From Pseudomonadota bacterium (GTDB lineage: Archaea > Thermoplasmatota > SW-10-69-26 > JACQPN01 > JAJPHT01), in contig JAJPHT010000020.1 in assembly GCA_021325135.1 (NCBI GenBank), positions 23,377 through 87,376 on the forward strand: a stretch of 64,000 bases of DNA, read 5' to 3'. Under the pieces are notes generated by a model, which saw nothing but the letters and a program-made list of their open reading frames with translations, was not told where the DNA came from and did no database searches. Both the position numbers and the translations under genes were made by a program. Shown piece by piece: positions 6,575 through 15,691 of this stretch; position 1 is the stretch's first letter, and each line of letters starts with the position of its first letter.

Positions 6575-8164
6575 ATGAAGGGCCCCCTTGCCGCTCTGCT
6601 CCTCGTCGCCACCCTCCTGGGCGCGGGATGCCTCTCCTCCACCGAGACGCCCGCCTCCACCGCGGGGGCGAAGCTGGGCGCCGGGGCCACCATCAAGGAC
6701 ACCCTCGCCCTGGTGAGCACCGCGGGGGACAACCTCAGCGGCGCGCCCGTCTCGGGCGTCGTCCCCGCCATCTTCGACGTGCACCACGACGGCGGCGAGC
6801 CCACCATCGGCATCACGAAGGACGGCACGCTCTTCTACGCCGGCGCGACGTTCAAGAACGACGTCGCGGGCCAGAACCCCTGCACGGGCCTCTTCCCCGC
6901 CAACCCCGTCGCGGGCGACCCCCTCTGCTTCCCGCGCACGGACATCCTGCGCAGCGAGGACGGCGGCAAGACGTGGAAGGACGTGACGCCCTACCTCCCG
7001 GGAGGCCTCGTGCGCGAGCACTGGGACACGGGCGACCCCTACGTCTACGTCGACCCCGCCACCGACCGCGTGTTCGACATCGACCAGCGCCTCCAGCTCA
7101 CCTGCCACACCGTCACGACCAGCGACGACAAGGGCGCCTCGTGGGACCCCGTGGACGGCAAGGCGTGCCAGACGCCCCCCGCGGACCACCAGACCATCGT
7201 CGCCGCCAAGCCGCGCATGCTGGTGACGACGCCCCTCTACCCCGACGTCGTCTACTACTGCAACAACCAGATCGCGGCCTCCTCCTGCGCGCGCAGCCTG
7301 GACGGCGCGCAGACCTTCCAGGCCATCCCGCCCCCCTACCTGGGCGCGAGCCCCTCGGACGGCCTTCCCGTCGACCCGGACAACGTGTTCGGCCCCGGCT
7401 TCTGCGGCGGCCTGCACGGCCACCTCAAGGCGGCGCCCGACGGCACGGTCTACCTTCCCAAGGCCCAGTGCGGCCACCCCGAGGTCGCCGTGACGCAGGA
7501 CGACGGCACCAGCTGGAGCGAGGTCGTCGTGGCGCCCGGCATGCGCGCCGCGGGCGACCCCACCGTGGCCGTGGACCGCAACAACACCGCCTACTACGTG
7601 TTCATCGACCGCGACGACTGGCACCTCTACCTGTCCAGCAGCAAGGACGCGGGCGCCCACTGGACGAAGCCCGTGGACGTGACCGTCCCCGGCGTCGAGG
7701 CCACGAACCTCCCCGCCCTCGTCGCGGGCGACGACGGCCGCCTCGCCCTCGCCTACGTGGGCACGACGACGCGCAACGCGTACAACATCAGCGCCGACAA
7801 CGTCAGTGCCCTCAACAACGAGACGTGGGACGGCTACCTCGCCGTCATCACCGGCGCCAACGCCGAGAAGCCCACCGTCACCACCGCCCGCGTGAACGCC
7901 CCCGGCGACCCCATCGTGCGCGGCCAGTGCGGGCCCGGCCGCTGCCGCACGCTCTTCGACTTCATCGACGTGCAGATGGACAAGGACGGCCGCCCCTGGG
8001 TCGCCCTCGTGGACAACTGCGTCGACGCGTGCGCCAACGCCACCGGCACCGCCAAGGACAGCGTCGCGCGCGCCGGCTTCGTCACCACCTTCGAGCAGGG
8101 GCCCGGGCTCCTCGCCGCCATGCCTACGCTGCCTCCCATCCACGCGGCGGGCAAGACGGGTTGA
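6575..8164 (+). CDS. BNR/sialidase-like beta-propeller lipoprotein
   Basis: MKGPLAALLLVATLLGAGC lipobox signal. Repeated SxDxGxTW BNR motifs (SEDGGKTW, SDDKGASW, TQDDGTSW, SKDAGAHW). Confidence 0.75.
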   Translation: MKGPLAALLLVATLLGAGCLSSTETPASTAGAKLGAGATIKDTLALVSTAGDNLSGAPVSGVVPAIFDVHHDGGEPTIGITKDGTLFYAGATFKNDVAGQNPCTGLFPANPVAGDPLCFPRTDILRSEDGGKTWKDVTPYLPGGLVREHWDTGDPYVYVDPATDRVFDIDQRLQLTCHTVTTSDDKGASWDPVDGKACQTPPADHQTIVAAKPRMLVTTPLYPDVVYYCNNQIAASSCARSLDGAQTFQAIPPPYLGASPSDGLPVDPDNVFGPGFCGGLHGHLKAAPDGTVYLPKAQCGHPEVAVTQDDGTSWSEVVVAPGMRAAGDPTVAVDRNNTAYYVFIDRDDWHLYLSSSKDAGAHWTKPVDVTVPGVEATNLPALVAGDDGRLALAYVGTTTRNAYNISADNVSALNNETWDGYLAVITGANAEKPTVTTARVNAPGDPIVRGQCGPGRCRTLFDFIDVQMDKDGRPWVALVDNCVDACANATGTAKDSVARAGFVTTFEQGPGLLAAMPTLPPIHAAGKTG

Positions 8165-8220
8165 GAGATCGCGGGGCGCGCCGCAACGCTGATCGCCTCC
8201 GCCCGCGGTCTGCGCCGCGC

Positions 8221-8451
8221 ATGCGCGCCTCCGTCCTGCTCCTGGCCTCCCTCGCCCTCCTCCTCGCCGCCGTCCCGCTGACGCCCGGGGCCTCCGCGGC
8301 CTCCTGCGCCGTCCGCGACCCCGGCGTGGGGCCCATCGGCACGGACACCGCGGAGTACGCCACCGACGTGTGCAACGACACGCTGGGATACGCCCAGGCC
8401 GTCTGCAACGACGCCCTCAACCCCTTCGGCCTCGGCTGCACGATCGCGTAG
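8221..8451 (+). CDS. small secreted 4-Cys protein (hypothetical)
   Basis: 76 aa with MRASVLLLASLALLLAAVPLTPGASA signal peptide. The mature part has 4 Cys with spacing similar to the 18014..18247 product. Confidence 0.5.
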   Translation: MRASVLLLASLALLLAAVPLTPGASAASCAVRDPGVGPIGTDTAEYATDVCNDTLGYAQAVCNDALNPFGLGCTIA

Positions 8452-8474
8452 GGGCCGCTCTCGTCCCTGTTGTC

Positions 8475-8493
8475 GCTGGGGGCGGAGCCCCCA
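8475..8493 (+). repeat. CTGGGGGC-GGA-GCCCCCAG hairpin (REP-like)
   Basis: 8-bp GC stem, 24 nt after the stop of the 8221..8451 gene. Left flank TCGCTGGGGGC and right flank ..GCAAG match the element at 15641-15677. Confidence 0.6.
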
Positions 8494-8533
8494 GAAAGAG
8501 CAAGAGGGGGCTTGCCACAAAGCGGGCCCGCTC

Positions 8534-8547
8534 GAAACCCCCAAATC
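8534..8547 (+). promoter_or_regulatory. promoter-like motif GAAACCCCCAAATC upstream of ltaE
   Basis: First base is 36 nt upstream of ATG 8570. Confidence 0.45.
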
Positions 8548-8569
8548 CCCCCGGCGGGTTCGCCCCGGC

Positions 8570-9613
8570 ATGAAGGGCCCGACGCGGAGCTTCGCCAGCG
8601 ACAACAACTCCGGCGTGCACCCGCGGGTCATGCGCGCGCTGGAGGACGCGAACCGCGACCACGTCCTGGCCTACGGCGACGACCCATACACCGAGGCGGC
8701 GCGGCGGCGCTTCAAGCAGGTCCTCGGCGAGCACGCCGAGGCGTTCTTCGTCTTCAACGGCACGGCAGCCAACGTGCTGGGCCTCGCGTCGCTGGTGAAG
8801 CCGTACCACGCGGTGATCACCAGCGAGTGGGCGCACGTCGCGCAGGACGAGTGCGGAGCCCCCGAGAAGCACCTGGGCACGAAGCTCCTCCTCGTGGCCG
8901 CGCCGGATGGCAAGCTGACGCCCGAGCGCGTGGCGCCCCACGTCAAGGGCCTGGGCGACCAGCACCACGTCCAGCCGCGCGTCGTCTCCATCACGCAGAG
9001 CACCGAGCTTGGCACCGTCTACACGCCCGCCGAGGTGCGCGCGCTGGCGGACTACTGCCACGCGCGGGGCATGTTCCTCCACGTGGACGGCGCGCGCATC
9101 GCCAACGCCGCCGCGGCGCTGGGCGTCGAGCTGCGGGCCATCACCACCGACGCGGGCGTGGACGTGCTCAGCTTCGGGGGCACCAAGAACGGGCTCATGT
9201 TCGGCGAGGCCGTCGTGCTCCTGCGCGCGGGGCTCGCGGACGACTTCCGCTTCCTGCGCAAGCAGGGCATGCAGCTGGCCAGCAAGATGCGCTTCGTCGC
9301 CGCGCAGTTCGACGCGCTCCTCCAGGACGACCTGTGGCGCAAGAGCGCGGAGCACGCGAACCGCATGGCGAAGCTCCTCGCCGCCGAGACCACCAAGGTC
9401 CCCGGCGTCAAGCTCGCGCGCCCCGTGGAGGCCAACGCGGCCTTCCCCCTCCTGCCCGCCCGCGTCGCCGAGGCGCTCCAGAAGGACTGGCTCTTCTACC
9501 CGTGGGACCCCGCGCGCGGCGAGTACCGCTGGGTCTGCTCCTTCGACACCACCGAGGCCGACGTCAAGGCGTTCGTGGCGGCGCTGCGCGACGCGATGGC
9601 GAAGCACGGGTGA
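8570..9613 (+). CDS. ltaE: low-specificity L-threonine aldolase (PLP-dependent beta-eliminating lyase family)
   Basis: FASDNNSGVHP..., GTAANVL, and SFGGTKNG (PLP lysine region) are typical of LtaE-type aldolases. Confidence 0.8.
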   Translation: MKGPTRSFASDNNSGVHPRVMRALEDANRDHVLAYGDDPYTEAARRRFKQVLGEHAEAFFVFNGTAANVLGLASLVKPYHAVITSEWAHVAQDECGAPEKHLGTKLLLVAAPDGKLTPERVAPHVKGLGDQHHVQPRVVSITQSTELGTVYTPAEVRALADYCHARGMFLHVDGARIANAAAALGVELRAITTDAGVDVLSFGGTKNGLMFGEAVVLLRAGLADDFRFLRKQGMQLASKMRFVAAQFDALLQDDLWRKSAEHANRMAKLLAAETTKVPGVKLARPVEANAAFPLLPARVAEALQKDWLFYPWDPARGEYRWVCSFDTTEADVKAFVAALRDAMAKHG

Positions 9614-9631
9614 TGGTCGCTCTCCCGGTCG

Positions 9632-9717
9632 CCTCCGGCGAGGGGAATCCCCGAATCTCCGAATCTCAGAATCACCCTCGGCGATCCGGCGATTCGGGGC
9701 GTTTCCCTCGCCGGAGG
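9632..9717. repeat. 86-bp imperfect inverted repeat with internal CGAATC octamer repeats
   Basis: CCTCCGGCGAGGGGAATCCCCGAATC (9632-9657) pairs with GATTCGGGGCGTTTCCCTCGCCGGAGG (9691-9717) at ~22 of 27 positions. The centre has CCGAATC/TCCGAATC/TCAGAATC. Confidence 0.7.
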
Positions 9718-9770
9718 AGCGGGGATCGCCGCAAGGGTGAAGTGCGAAGCCCGGCCTGGCCCGACGCAGC

Positions 9771-10463
9771 ATGAGCCGCAAGTGGCTGCGCGAGCGCAGC
9801 AAGGACTTCTGGTACAAGCTCGCCAAGAAGGAGGGGTGGCGCACCCGGGCGAGCTTCAAGCTCATGCAGCTGGACGAGAAGTTCGAGCTTCTCTTCGAGG
9901 GCGCGCGGGTGGTGGACCTGGGCGCAGCCCCTGGCGGCTGGAGCCAGGTCGCGGTGGAGCTGGTCGGCCCCGAGGGGAAGGTCGTGGGCGTGGACCTCGA
10001 CCGCATCGAGCCCATGGAGGGCGTCACCTTCCTGCGCGGCGACATGACGGACCCCGAGACGGTCTCCCGCGTCATGGAGGCCTGCGGCGGCGTGGCCGAC
10101 GTGGTCATCAGCGACATGAGCCCCAACATCAGCGGCGCCTACGCCACGGACCACGCGCGCAGCATCCACCTCTGCGAGATGGCCCTGGAGTTCGCCGGCA
10201 AGGTGCTCGTGCGCGACGGCGCGTTCGTCTGCAAGGTCTTCGAAGGCGACATGTTCCACGACCTCCTGGGCAAGGTGCGCGCCCAGTTCGCGGACGTGAA
10301 GGTCGCGAACCCCGCCGCGTCGCGCTCCGCCAGCAGCGAGGTCTACGTCGTCGCGCAGGGCTTCCGCGGCCCCGGCCGGTACCCGCCCCTGGCGAAGCCC
10401 AAGGAGTGGCAGGAAGGGGACGAGCTTCCCCCCAGCCGCAAGGAGCGGAGGAAGCCGGAGTGA
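9771..10463 (+). CDS. rlmE: 23S rRNA U2552 ribose 2'-O-methyltransferase (RlmE/FtsJ)
   Basis: YKLAKKEGWRTRASFKL..VVDLGAAPGGWSQV..VISDMSPNISG are FtsJ family motifs. Confidence 0.85.
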   Translation: MSRKWLRERSKDFWYKLAKKEGWRTRASFKLMQLDEKFELLFEGARVVDLGAAPGGWSQVAVELVGPEGKVVGVDLDRIEPMEGVTFLRGDMTDPETVSRVMEACGGVADVVISDMSPNISGAYATDHARSIHLCEMALEFAGKVLVRDGAFVCKVFEGDMFHDLLGKVRAQFADVKVANPAASRSASSEVYVVAQGFRGPGRYPPLAKPKEWQEGDELPPSRKERRKPE

Positions 10464-11359
10464 GGACCCTCCGCGTCCGCGTCGGCCATTCTCCCGATTC
10501 GGCCGAAGCTGCGGCCTCGGCCTCTCGTGAGCATGGCCTCCGCGTCCGCGTCGGCCATTCTCCCGATCCGGACGACGCCTTCATGGTGTGGGCCCTGCAC
10601 GCCGGCCTCGTCCGCGAGGATGATATCACCATCGAGCTTGTCCCCAAGGACATCGAGTCCCTGAACCAGATGGCGCTGCGCGGCGAGGGGCCCGAGGCCA
10701 GCGCGCTCTCCATGGCGACGTTCGCCCGCGTCGCGGACACCCACTGGCTCCTGCCCCACGGCGCGTCGTTCGGCGACGGGTACGGGCCCATCGTGGTCGC
10801 GCGGGAGGACGTGGACCTGCGGCGCGTCGCTATCGCGGCGCCCGGCGAGGGCACCACCGCCTACGCGACGCTGAGGATGGCGCTTCCCGGCGCGCGCTGC
10901 GTGCAGATGCCCTTCGACGAGATTCTCCCCGCCGTGCAGCAGGGCAAGGCCGAGGCGGGCCTGCTCATCCACGAGGGGCAGATCACCTGGCAGCGCGAGG
11001 GCGTGCGCAGGCTCCTGGACCTGGGCGTGTGGTGGAAGGGCGAGACGGGCCTCCCCCTGCCGCTGGGCATCAACGCGCTGCGCAAGGACCTGGGCCCTAC
11101 GCTGGGCGCGCGCGTGAACCGGCTCCTCGCGCGCAGCGTCGAGGCGGGGCTCGCGCATCGCGCGGAGGCCCTGGAGTACGCACGCGGCTTCGGGCGTGGC
11201 CTCCCCACGCAGGACGCCGACACGTTCGTCTCCATGTACGTCAACGCGCTGACGCGCGACATGGGCGAGCGCGGCCGCGCCGCGGTGGCCGAATGGCTGC
11301 GCCGGGCCGCGGACGCGGGGCTCGTGCCTCGCGGGGCGCGGGTCGAGATGGCTCCTTGA
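10460..11359 (+). CDS. mqnD: MqnD-like menaquinone (futalosine pathway) biosynthesis protein, VitK2_biosynth family
   Basis: LRVRVGHSPDPDDAFMVWAL..DIESLNQ..LLIHEGQ motifs. GTG start overlaps the rlmE stop (GTGA). The N-terminus contains an in-frame duplication. Confidence 0.7.
   Translation: MRTLRVRVGHSPDSAEAAASASREHGLRVRVGHSPDPDDAFMVWALHAGLVREDDITIELVPKDIESLNQMALRGEGPEASALSMATFARVADTHWLLPHGASFGDGYGPIVVAREDVDLRRVAIAAPGEGTTAYATLRMALPGARCVQMPFDEILPAVQQGKAEAGLLIHEGQITWQREGVRRLLDLGVWWKGETGLPLPLGINALRKDLGPTLGARVNRLLARSVEAGLAHRAEALEYARGFGRGLPTQDADTFVSMYVNALTRDMGERGRAAVAEWLRRAADAGLVPRGARVEMAP
10468..10567 (+). repeat. 31-nt perfect direct repeat (69-nt period) at the 5' end of the mqnD-like gene
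   Basis: CCTCCGCGTCCGCGTCGGCCATTCTCCCGAT occurs at 10468-10498 and again at 10537-10567, in the same reading frame (LRVRVGHSPD twice). Confidence 0.9.
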
Positions 11360-11431
11360 GCGTTCGCGACTGGCGCGATCTCCTTCGTCACCACGCAACG
11401 CGACGAAGGGGCATCCACAGAACGGGAGCGC

Positions 11432-12199
11432 CTAGGCCCCGCGCTCCTCGCGCACGATGCGCCCCGACTCCATGTGCACGGTGCGGTCGCACAGCGACGC
11501 GACGTGCGGGTCGTGCGTCACGACGACGTAGGTCTGCCCGCGCTCGCGGTTGAGGCCGCGCATGAGGGCGAACACCTCGCGGCCGGTGGCGGTGTCGAGG
11601 TTGCCCGTGGGCTCGTCGGCCCAGACGATGGCGGGGTCGTTCACCAGCGAGCGCGCGATGGCGACGCGCTGCTGCTGGCCGCCCGACAATTCCGCGGGGC
11701 GGTGGTCCGCGCGCTCCGCGATGCCCACGGCGGCCAGCGCGCCGAGGGCCTTGCTGCGCGCCTCCTCGGGGGCGAGCCCTGCCACGAGGAGGGGCACCTC
11801 GACGTTCTCGATGGCCGTGAGCACGGGGAGGAGGTTGAACGCCTGGAAGACGAAGCCCATGCGCTTCGCGCGCTGGAGCGTGCGCGAGCGCTCGGAGCGC
11901 GCCGCGAGGGCGACGCCCTCGATCTCCACCGTGCCGCCGTCGATGGCGTCGAGGCCGGCGAGGCAGTTGAGGAGCGTCGTCTTGCCGCAGCCGGAGGGGC
12001 CCATGATGGCCAGCATCTCGCCGCGCGCGACGTCGAGGTCCACGCCCTGGAGCGCCGGCGTCTCGACGCCCTCGCCCCGGTAGACCTTGGTCACGCCACG
12101 CGCGCGCACGATGGGCGCCGCGGGGTCGGGCGCGGGCTCGGGGGCGGCGGGCGCGCGGCGCAGGCGCAGGGGCACGCACGCGCATGGAGCCCGTGCCAT
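11432..12199 (-). CDS. ABC transporter ATP-binding protein (MacB/LolD-like)
   Basis: Walker [10 protein letters not shown], signature [13 protein letters not shown], Walker [16 protein letters not shown] at 12199; alternative GTG at 12109. Confidence 0.85.
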   Translation of the reverse strand: MARAPCACVPLRLRRAPAAPEPAPDPAAPIVRARGVTKVYRGEGVETPALQGVDLDVARGEMLAIMGPSGCGKTTLLNCLAGLDAIDGGTVEIEGVALAARSERSRTLQRAKRMGFVFQAFNLLPVLTAIENVEVPLLVAGLAPEEARSKALGALAAVGIAERADHRPAELSGGQQQRVAIARSLVNDPAIVWADEPTGNLDTATGREVFALMRGLNRERGQTYVVVTHDPHVASLCDRTVHMESGRIVREERGA

Positions 12200-12247
12200 A
12201 AAGGCCGCCGCCACAAGCTTGATGGCCGATCCTTCGGCTCGCCGCGC

Positions 12248-15200
12248 GTGGCGCGCCTCGGGCTCGCGGCCAAGCTCGCGCGGCGCAACCTGCTGCGCCG
12301 CCGCGCGCAGACCGCCATCGTCCTCGCCGGGCTCTTGGTGGGCACCGCCGTCGTCGCGGCCTCGCTCTCCGTGGCGGACAGCCTCCGCTACGGCATCCGC
12401 CGCTCCACCTTCGACGGGCTGGGCCCCGCCGACGAGTTCGTCCAGCTTGCGGGCCAGCGCTACTTCCCCGCCGGCGTCTACGACGCGCTGAAGAACGACA
12501 GCGCGCTGCGCGGCGCGACGCGCGGGCTCTCGCCGGTGGTGATCGACTCGGGGAGCGTCCGCGACGCGCGCACCCGCGAGACCGAGCCCGCCGTGGGCAT
12601 CGCGGGCTTCGACCCCGCCGCGGACCGCCCCTTCGGCCTCTTCACGCTCCAGGACGGGCGCCGCACGGACGGCGGCGAGCTTGGGCCGCAGGACGCGTAC
12701 CTCGCGGAGGACGTCGCGGCGCGCCTCGACGCGAAGCCGGGCGACACGCTGGTGGTGGGCGTGCAGCGCGCGGGGTTGCCGCTCTCCGACGTGGTGTTCA
12801 GCATCCACGGCAACATCTCGGGCGTGGGCGGCGGCTGCGTCTCGCCCCCGGTGCCTGTTCCCGTCGTCCCCGGCGCGCCCCCCGTGCCGCCCGTCCCGTG
12901 CGCCTACACGCCCGACCCGGTGGACAACGTCACGTACACGATCCCCGTGGGGCGCGGCGCCGCGCTGCTCACCGTGCTGCTGGAGCCCATCGGAGCCGAG
13001 GACTCGCCGACCCGGCCCGATCTGGATATCATCGCGACCTCGCCCAGCGGCAACCGCACCGAGGCGACGCAGGGGCTTCCCGGCGCGCCCAGCGACCCCG
13101 CCGTGCTCCGCATCGAAGGGAATCGATATCTCGAGCGCGGCGACTGGACGATCCAGGTCACGACCAAGGGGGGCGCGGAGGGCAAGTTCAACGGCGGCAT
13201 CTTCGTCTCCTACGCGCAGTACGACGCCACCGGGCAGGGCGCGGGCGCCGGGGAGACGGTCATCGGCGACGCGGACGCCTCGGCCTACCTCGCGGTGGGC
13301 GCCAGCGCCGCGGCGCACGAGAACGTCACGCTCAAGGGCATCGTCAAGCGCGAGGGCAAGGGGCAGTTCCTCGGCACGACGGGCCTCTTTCTCAACCTCC
13401 CCGGCGCGCAGGCTCTCGTGGGGCAGCCCGGGCAGGTCAACGCCGTGAAGATGAGCAACGACGGCAGCGTCGAGACGGGCTGGCAGCGCGGCGCCGCCGC
13501 GACCGCTGCCGCCACGCGCGTCCTGGACGCGCAGCGCGCCGCGCACCCGGACGACCCCGTGTACGACCACCTCGCGCCCGCGCCCGTGAAGGCGCTGGGC
13601 CTCGCGGGCGCGGAGCAGGAGAGCAGGTTCTACCGCGACTTCCTCGCCGCCGTCTCCACGCTCACCGTCATCGCGGGCGTGCTGCTGGTGGTCAACGTCT
13701 TCGTGCTCCTCGCGCAGGAGCGCCAGCGCGAGCTTGGCGCCGCGCGCGCCATCGGCCTCTCGCGCGCCGACGTCGTCGCCTCCTTCGTCGTCGAAGGCGC
13801 GATCCTCGCCGCCCTCGCCGCGGTGGGCGGCGTGCTCGTGGGCCTCGTCGGCGCCGCGGGCGTCCTCTTCGGCTTCGACTTCATCCTCAGCGCCGTGGGC
13901 ACGGGGCTGGGCACGTTCGTTCTCCATCCCGAGCCCGCGAGCCTCGCCCTCGCGGCGGGGCTCGGCTTCGTCGTGACGCTGGCCGCGGCCGCAGGGGCGT
14001 CGTACCGCATCGGCGGCATGAACGTCGTGCGCGCCCTGCGCGGCCTGGAGGACGACCCCGCCCACCGGCGCGGCGCATGGGCCGGCGCGGCTGCGCTCGT
14101 CCTCCTGGCCGTCGTCTCGCTCCTCCTGGGCCCCTTCGCCGCATGGGCCTTTGCGCCCCCCCTCCTCACGGGCGCCGCCGCGGCGCTCCTCGCGCGCCGT
14201 CGCTGGGCCCCGCCGCTGGCGGGGCTCCTTCTCGTGGCGGAGGGCGGGCTTGCCATCTTCCTCCTCACGCCGCCCGCGGACGCCGTGGGCCGCGTCCTGG
14301 GCGTCCTGCGCGGCGTGCCCGTCGCGCTGGGCCTGACGCTCCTGGCCCTGGGCGCGCCCGCCCTCGCGCGCGGCGCGGAGCGATTGCTATCACGCGTGCG
14401 CGCGCTGCGGCCCACCGCGCCCCTCGCGGTGCGCTATCCCCTCCGCCGCCGCGGGCAGACGGGGCTCACGGTCACGATGTTCGCCTTCGTGACGCTGATC
14501 CTCGTCTTCTTCAGCATCTTCGGCACGACCTTCGCGCTGGACATCGCGGGCGAGACGGGCGGCTACGACGTGTACGCCACCACCGACGCGCCCTACAGCG
14601 ACCTGCGCTACGCCTACGACCAGCAGCCCCCCGGCGCGCGCGACGCCTACGCCCTGGCCAACGTCACCTCGCAGGACCCGCTCCTCGTCGCCACCGTCGC
14701 GGGCGGGAGCCTCCTCACGCTGGACGGCGCGCGGCCGCACTACAAGGGCGCGCCCGTGGACCGCGTCTTCGCCTCGCTGCCCAGCTTCCCCAAGCGCGAG
14801 CAGTTCGCCTTCGCCGAGCTCGACCCCGCCTACCCCAACGGCAGCGCCGCCTTCGAGGCCCTCCTCAAGGACCCCACCCTCGCCATCGTCAGCGTCGCAT
14901 ACACGCTCGACGAGACGGGCAACCCCGGCGCGCACCACGTCGGCGCGGACCTCACGCTCCACTTGGCCACGGGCGACAAGCATCTGCGCGTCATCGGCGT
15001 CATGAAGGAGCTCTACCTGGGCGGCGTGTGGGTGAATCCCCTGGTGCTGCGCACGGGCTTCCAGCAGGTCAGCGGCGGCTACCTCCTCAAGGCCGCGCCG
15101 GGCCACGAGCCCGCAGCCGTCGCGCGGCAGCTGGAGCGCAGCTTCGACGGCACGGGCCTCCACGCGGTCGACCTGCGCACCGAGGCGGGCGTCGTCCTGG

Positions 15201-15616
15201 AGGAGAACGAGCAGTTCCTCCGCATGTTCCAGATGTTCCTGGGCTTCGGCCTCCTCGTGGGCATCGCGTCGCTGGCGGTCGTCTCCGCGCGCAGCGTGCT
15301 GGAGCGCCGCGCCCACATCGGCGTGCTGCGCGCGCTGGGCCACACGCGCCTCTCCATCCTCACGTGGCTCCTGGGCGAGTCGCTCCTGGTCACCATCCTG
15401 GGCACGCTCGTGGGCGTCGCCGCCGGCTCGCTCCTCGCCTTCGGCGTGTGGTTCACCACCGTGCGCCCCGTCATGGCGGTGCCCTTCGCGTACTCGTACA
15501 TCGTGATCCCGGTGATCCTCCTCATCACGTGGGGCTGCGCGCTGGCGGCCGTCTTCCTCCCGGGATTCCTCGCGACTCGGGCCACGCCCGCCGAGATGGT
15601 GCGGCGCGTCGATTGA
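12248..15616 (+). CDS. ABC transporter permease with two FtsX-type membrane domains and a very large extracytoplasmic domain
   Basis: ~1120 aa. N-terminus is [19 protein letters not shown]. Two FtsX-like 4-TM blocks (near 13650-14050 and 15200-15600). Pro-rich and beta-sandwich-like insert at 12830-13260. Confidence 0.75.
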   Translation: MARLGLAAKLARRNLLRRRAQTAIVLAGLLVGTAVVAASLSVADSLRYGIRRSTFDGLGPADEFVQLAGQRYFPAGVYDALKNDSALRGATRGLSPVVIDSGSVRDARTRETEPAVGIAGFDPAADRPFGLFTLQDGRRTDGGELGPQDAYLAEDVAARLDAKPGDTLVVGVQRAGLPLSDVVFSIHGNISGVGGGCVSPPVPVPVVPGAPPVPPVPCAYTPDPVDNVTYTIPVGRGAALLTVLLEPIGAEDSPTRPDLDIIATSPSGNRTEATQGLPGAPSDPAVLRIEGNRYLERGDWTIQVTTKGGAEGKFNGGIFVSYAQYDATGQGAGAGETVIGDADASAYLAVGASAAAHENVTLKGIVKREGKGQFLGTTGLFLNLPGAQALVGQPGQVNAVKMSNDGSVETGWQRGAAATAAATRVLDAQRAAHPDDPVYDHLAPAPVKALGLAGAEQESRFYRDFLAAVSTLTVIAGVLLVVNVFVLLAQERQRELGAARAIGLSRADVVASFVVEGAILAALAAVGGVLVGLVGAAGVLFGFDFILSAVGTGLGTFVLHPEPASLALAAGLGFVVTLAAAAGASYRIGGMNVVRALRGLEDDPAHRRGAWAGAAALVLLAVVSLLLGPFAAWAFAPPLLTGAAAALLARRRWAPPLAGLLLVAEGGLAIFLLTPPADAVGRVLGVLRGVPVALGLTLLALGAPALARGAERLLSRVRALRPTAPLAVRYPLRRRGQTGLTVTMFAFVTLILVFFSIFGTTFALDIAGETGGYDVYATTDAPYSDLRYAYDQQPPGARDAYALANVTSQDPLLVATVAGGSLLTLDGARPHYKGAPVDRVFASLPSFPKREQFAFAELDPAYPNGSAAFEALLKDPTLAIVSVAYTLDETGNPGAHHVGADLTLHLATGDKHLRVIGVMKELYLGGVWVNPLVLRTGFQQVSGGYLLKAAPGHEPAAVARQLERSFDGTGLHAVDLRTEAGVVLEENEQFLRMFQMFLGFGLLVGIASLAVVSARSVLERRAHIGVLRALGHTRLSILTWLLGESLLVTILGTLVGVAAGSLLAFGVWFTTVRPVMAVPFAYSYIVIPVILLITWGCALAAVFLPGFLATRATPAEMVRRVD

Positions 15617-15620
15617 TTGC

Positions 15621-15677
15621 TTTTTTGAAGACCTCCTTTTGCCTTCTCGCTGGGGGCTCCGCCCCCAGCGAGAAGGC
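15621..15677 (+). terminator. oligo-T tract plus 17-bp perfect hairpin downstream of the ABC permease gene
   Basis: T6 at 15621-15626 begins 5 nt after the TGA. GCCTTCTCGCTGGGGGC-TCC-GCCCCCAGCGAGAAGGC lies at 15641-15677. Confidence 0.5.
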
Positions 15678-15691
15678 AAGTCTCGACTGCG

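Noticed and set aside
5560-8451. 963-aa plus-strand ORF spanning lipA and the BNR gene in another frame.
   Set aside because: Only its last 76 codons (8221..8451) look like a real protein, with a signal peptide plus a Cys-rich part. The rest is Arg/Pro-rich junk overlapping two well-supported genes.
10527-10535. GTG (10527) and ATG (10533) as alternative starts that would skip the duplicated 5' copy of the mqnD-like gene.
   Set aside because: Both are in the +1 frame relative to the MqnD-like reading frame and open only a ~45-codon ORF with no resemblance to Mqn proteins.
11474-12247. The upstream 258 codons of track ORF 11474..15616, which would fuse an extra N-terminal domain to the ABC permease.
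   Set aside because: This part is antisense to the well-supported ABC ATPase gene and translates to Arg/Gly/Asp/His-rich sequence. The permease-like sequence begins at [19 protein letters not shown] (GTG 12248).
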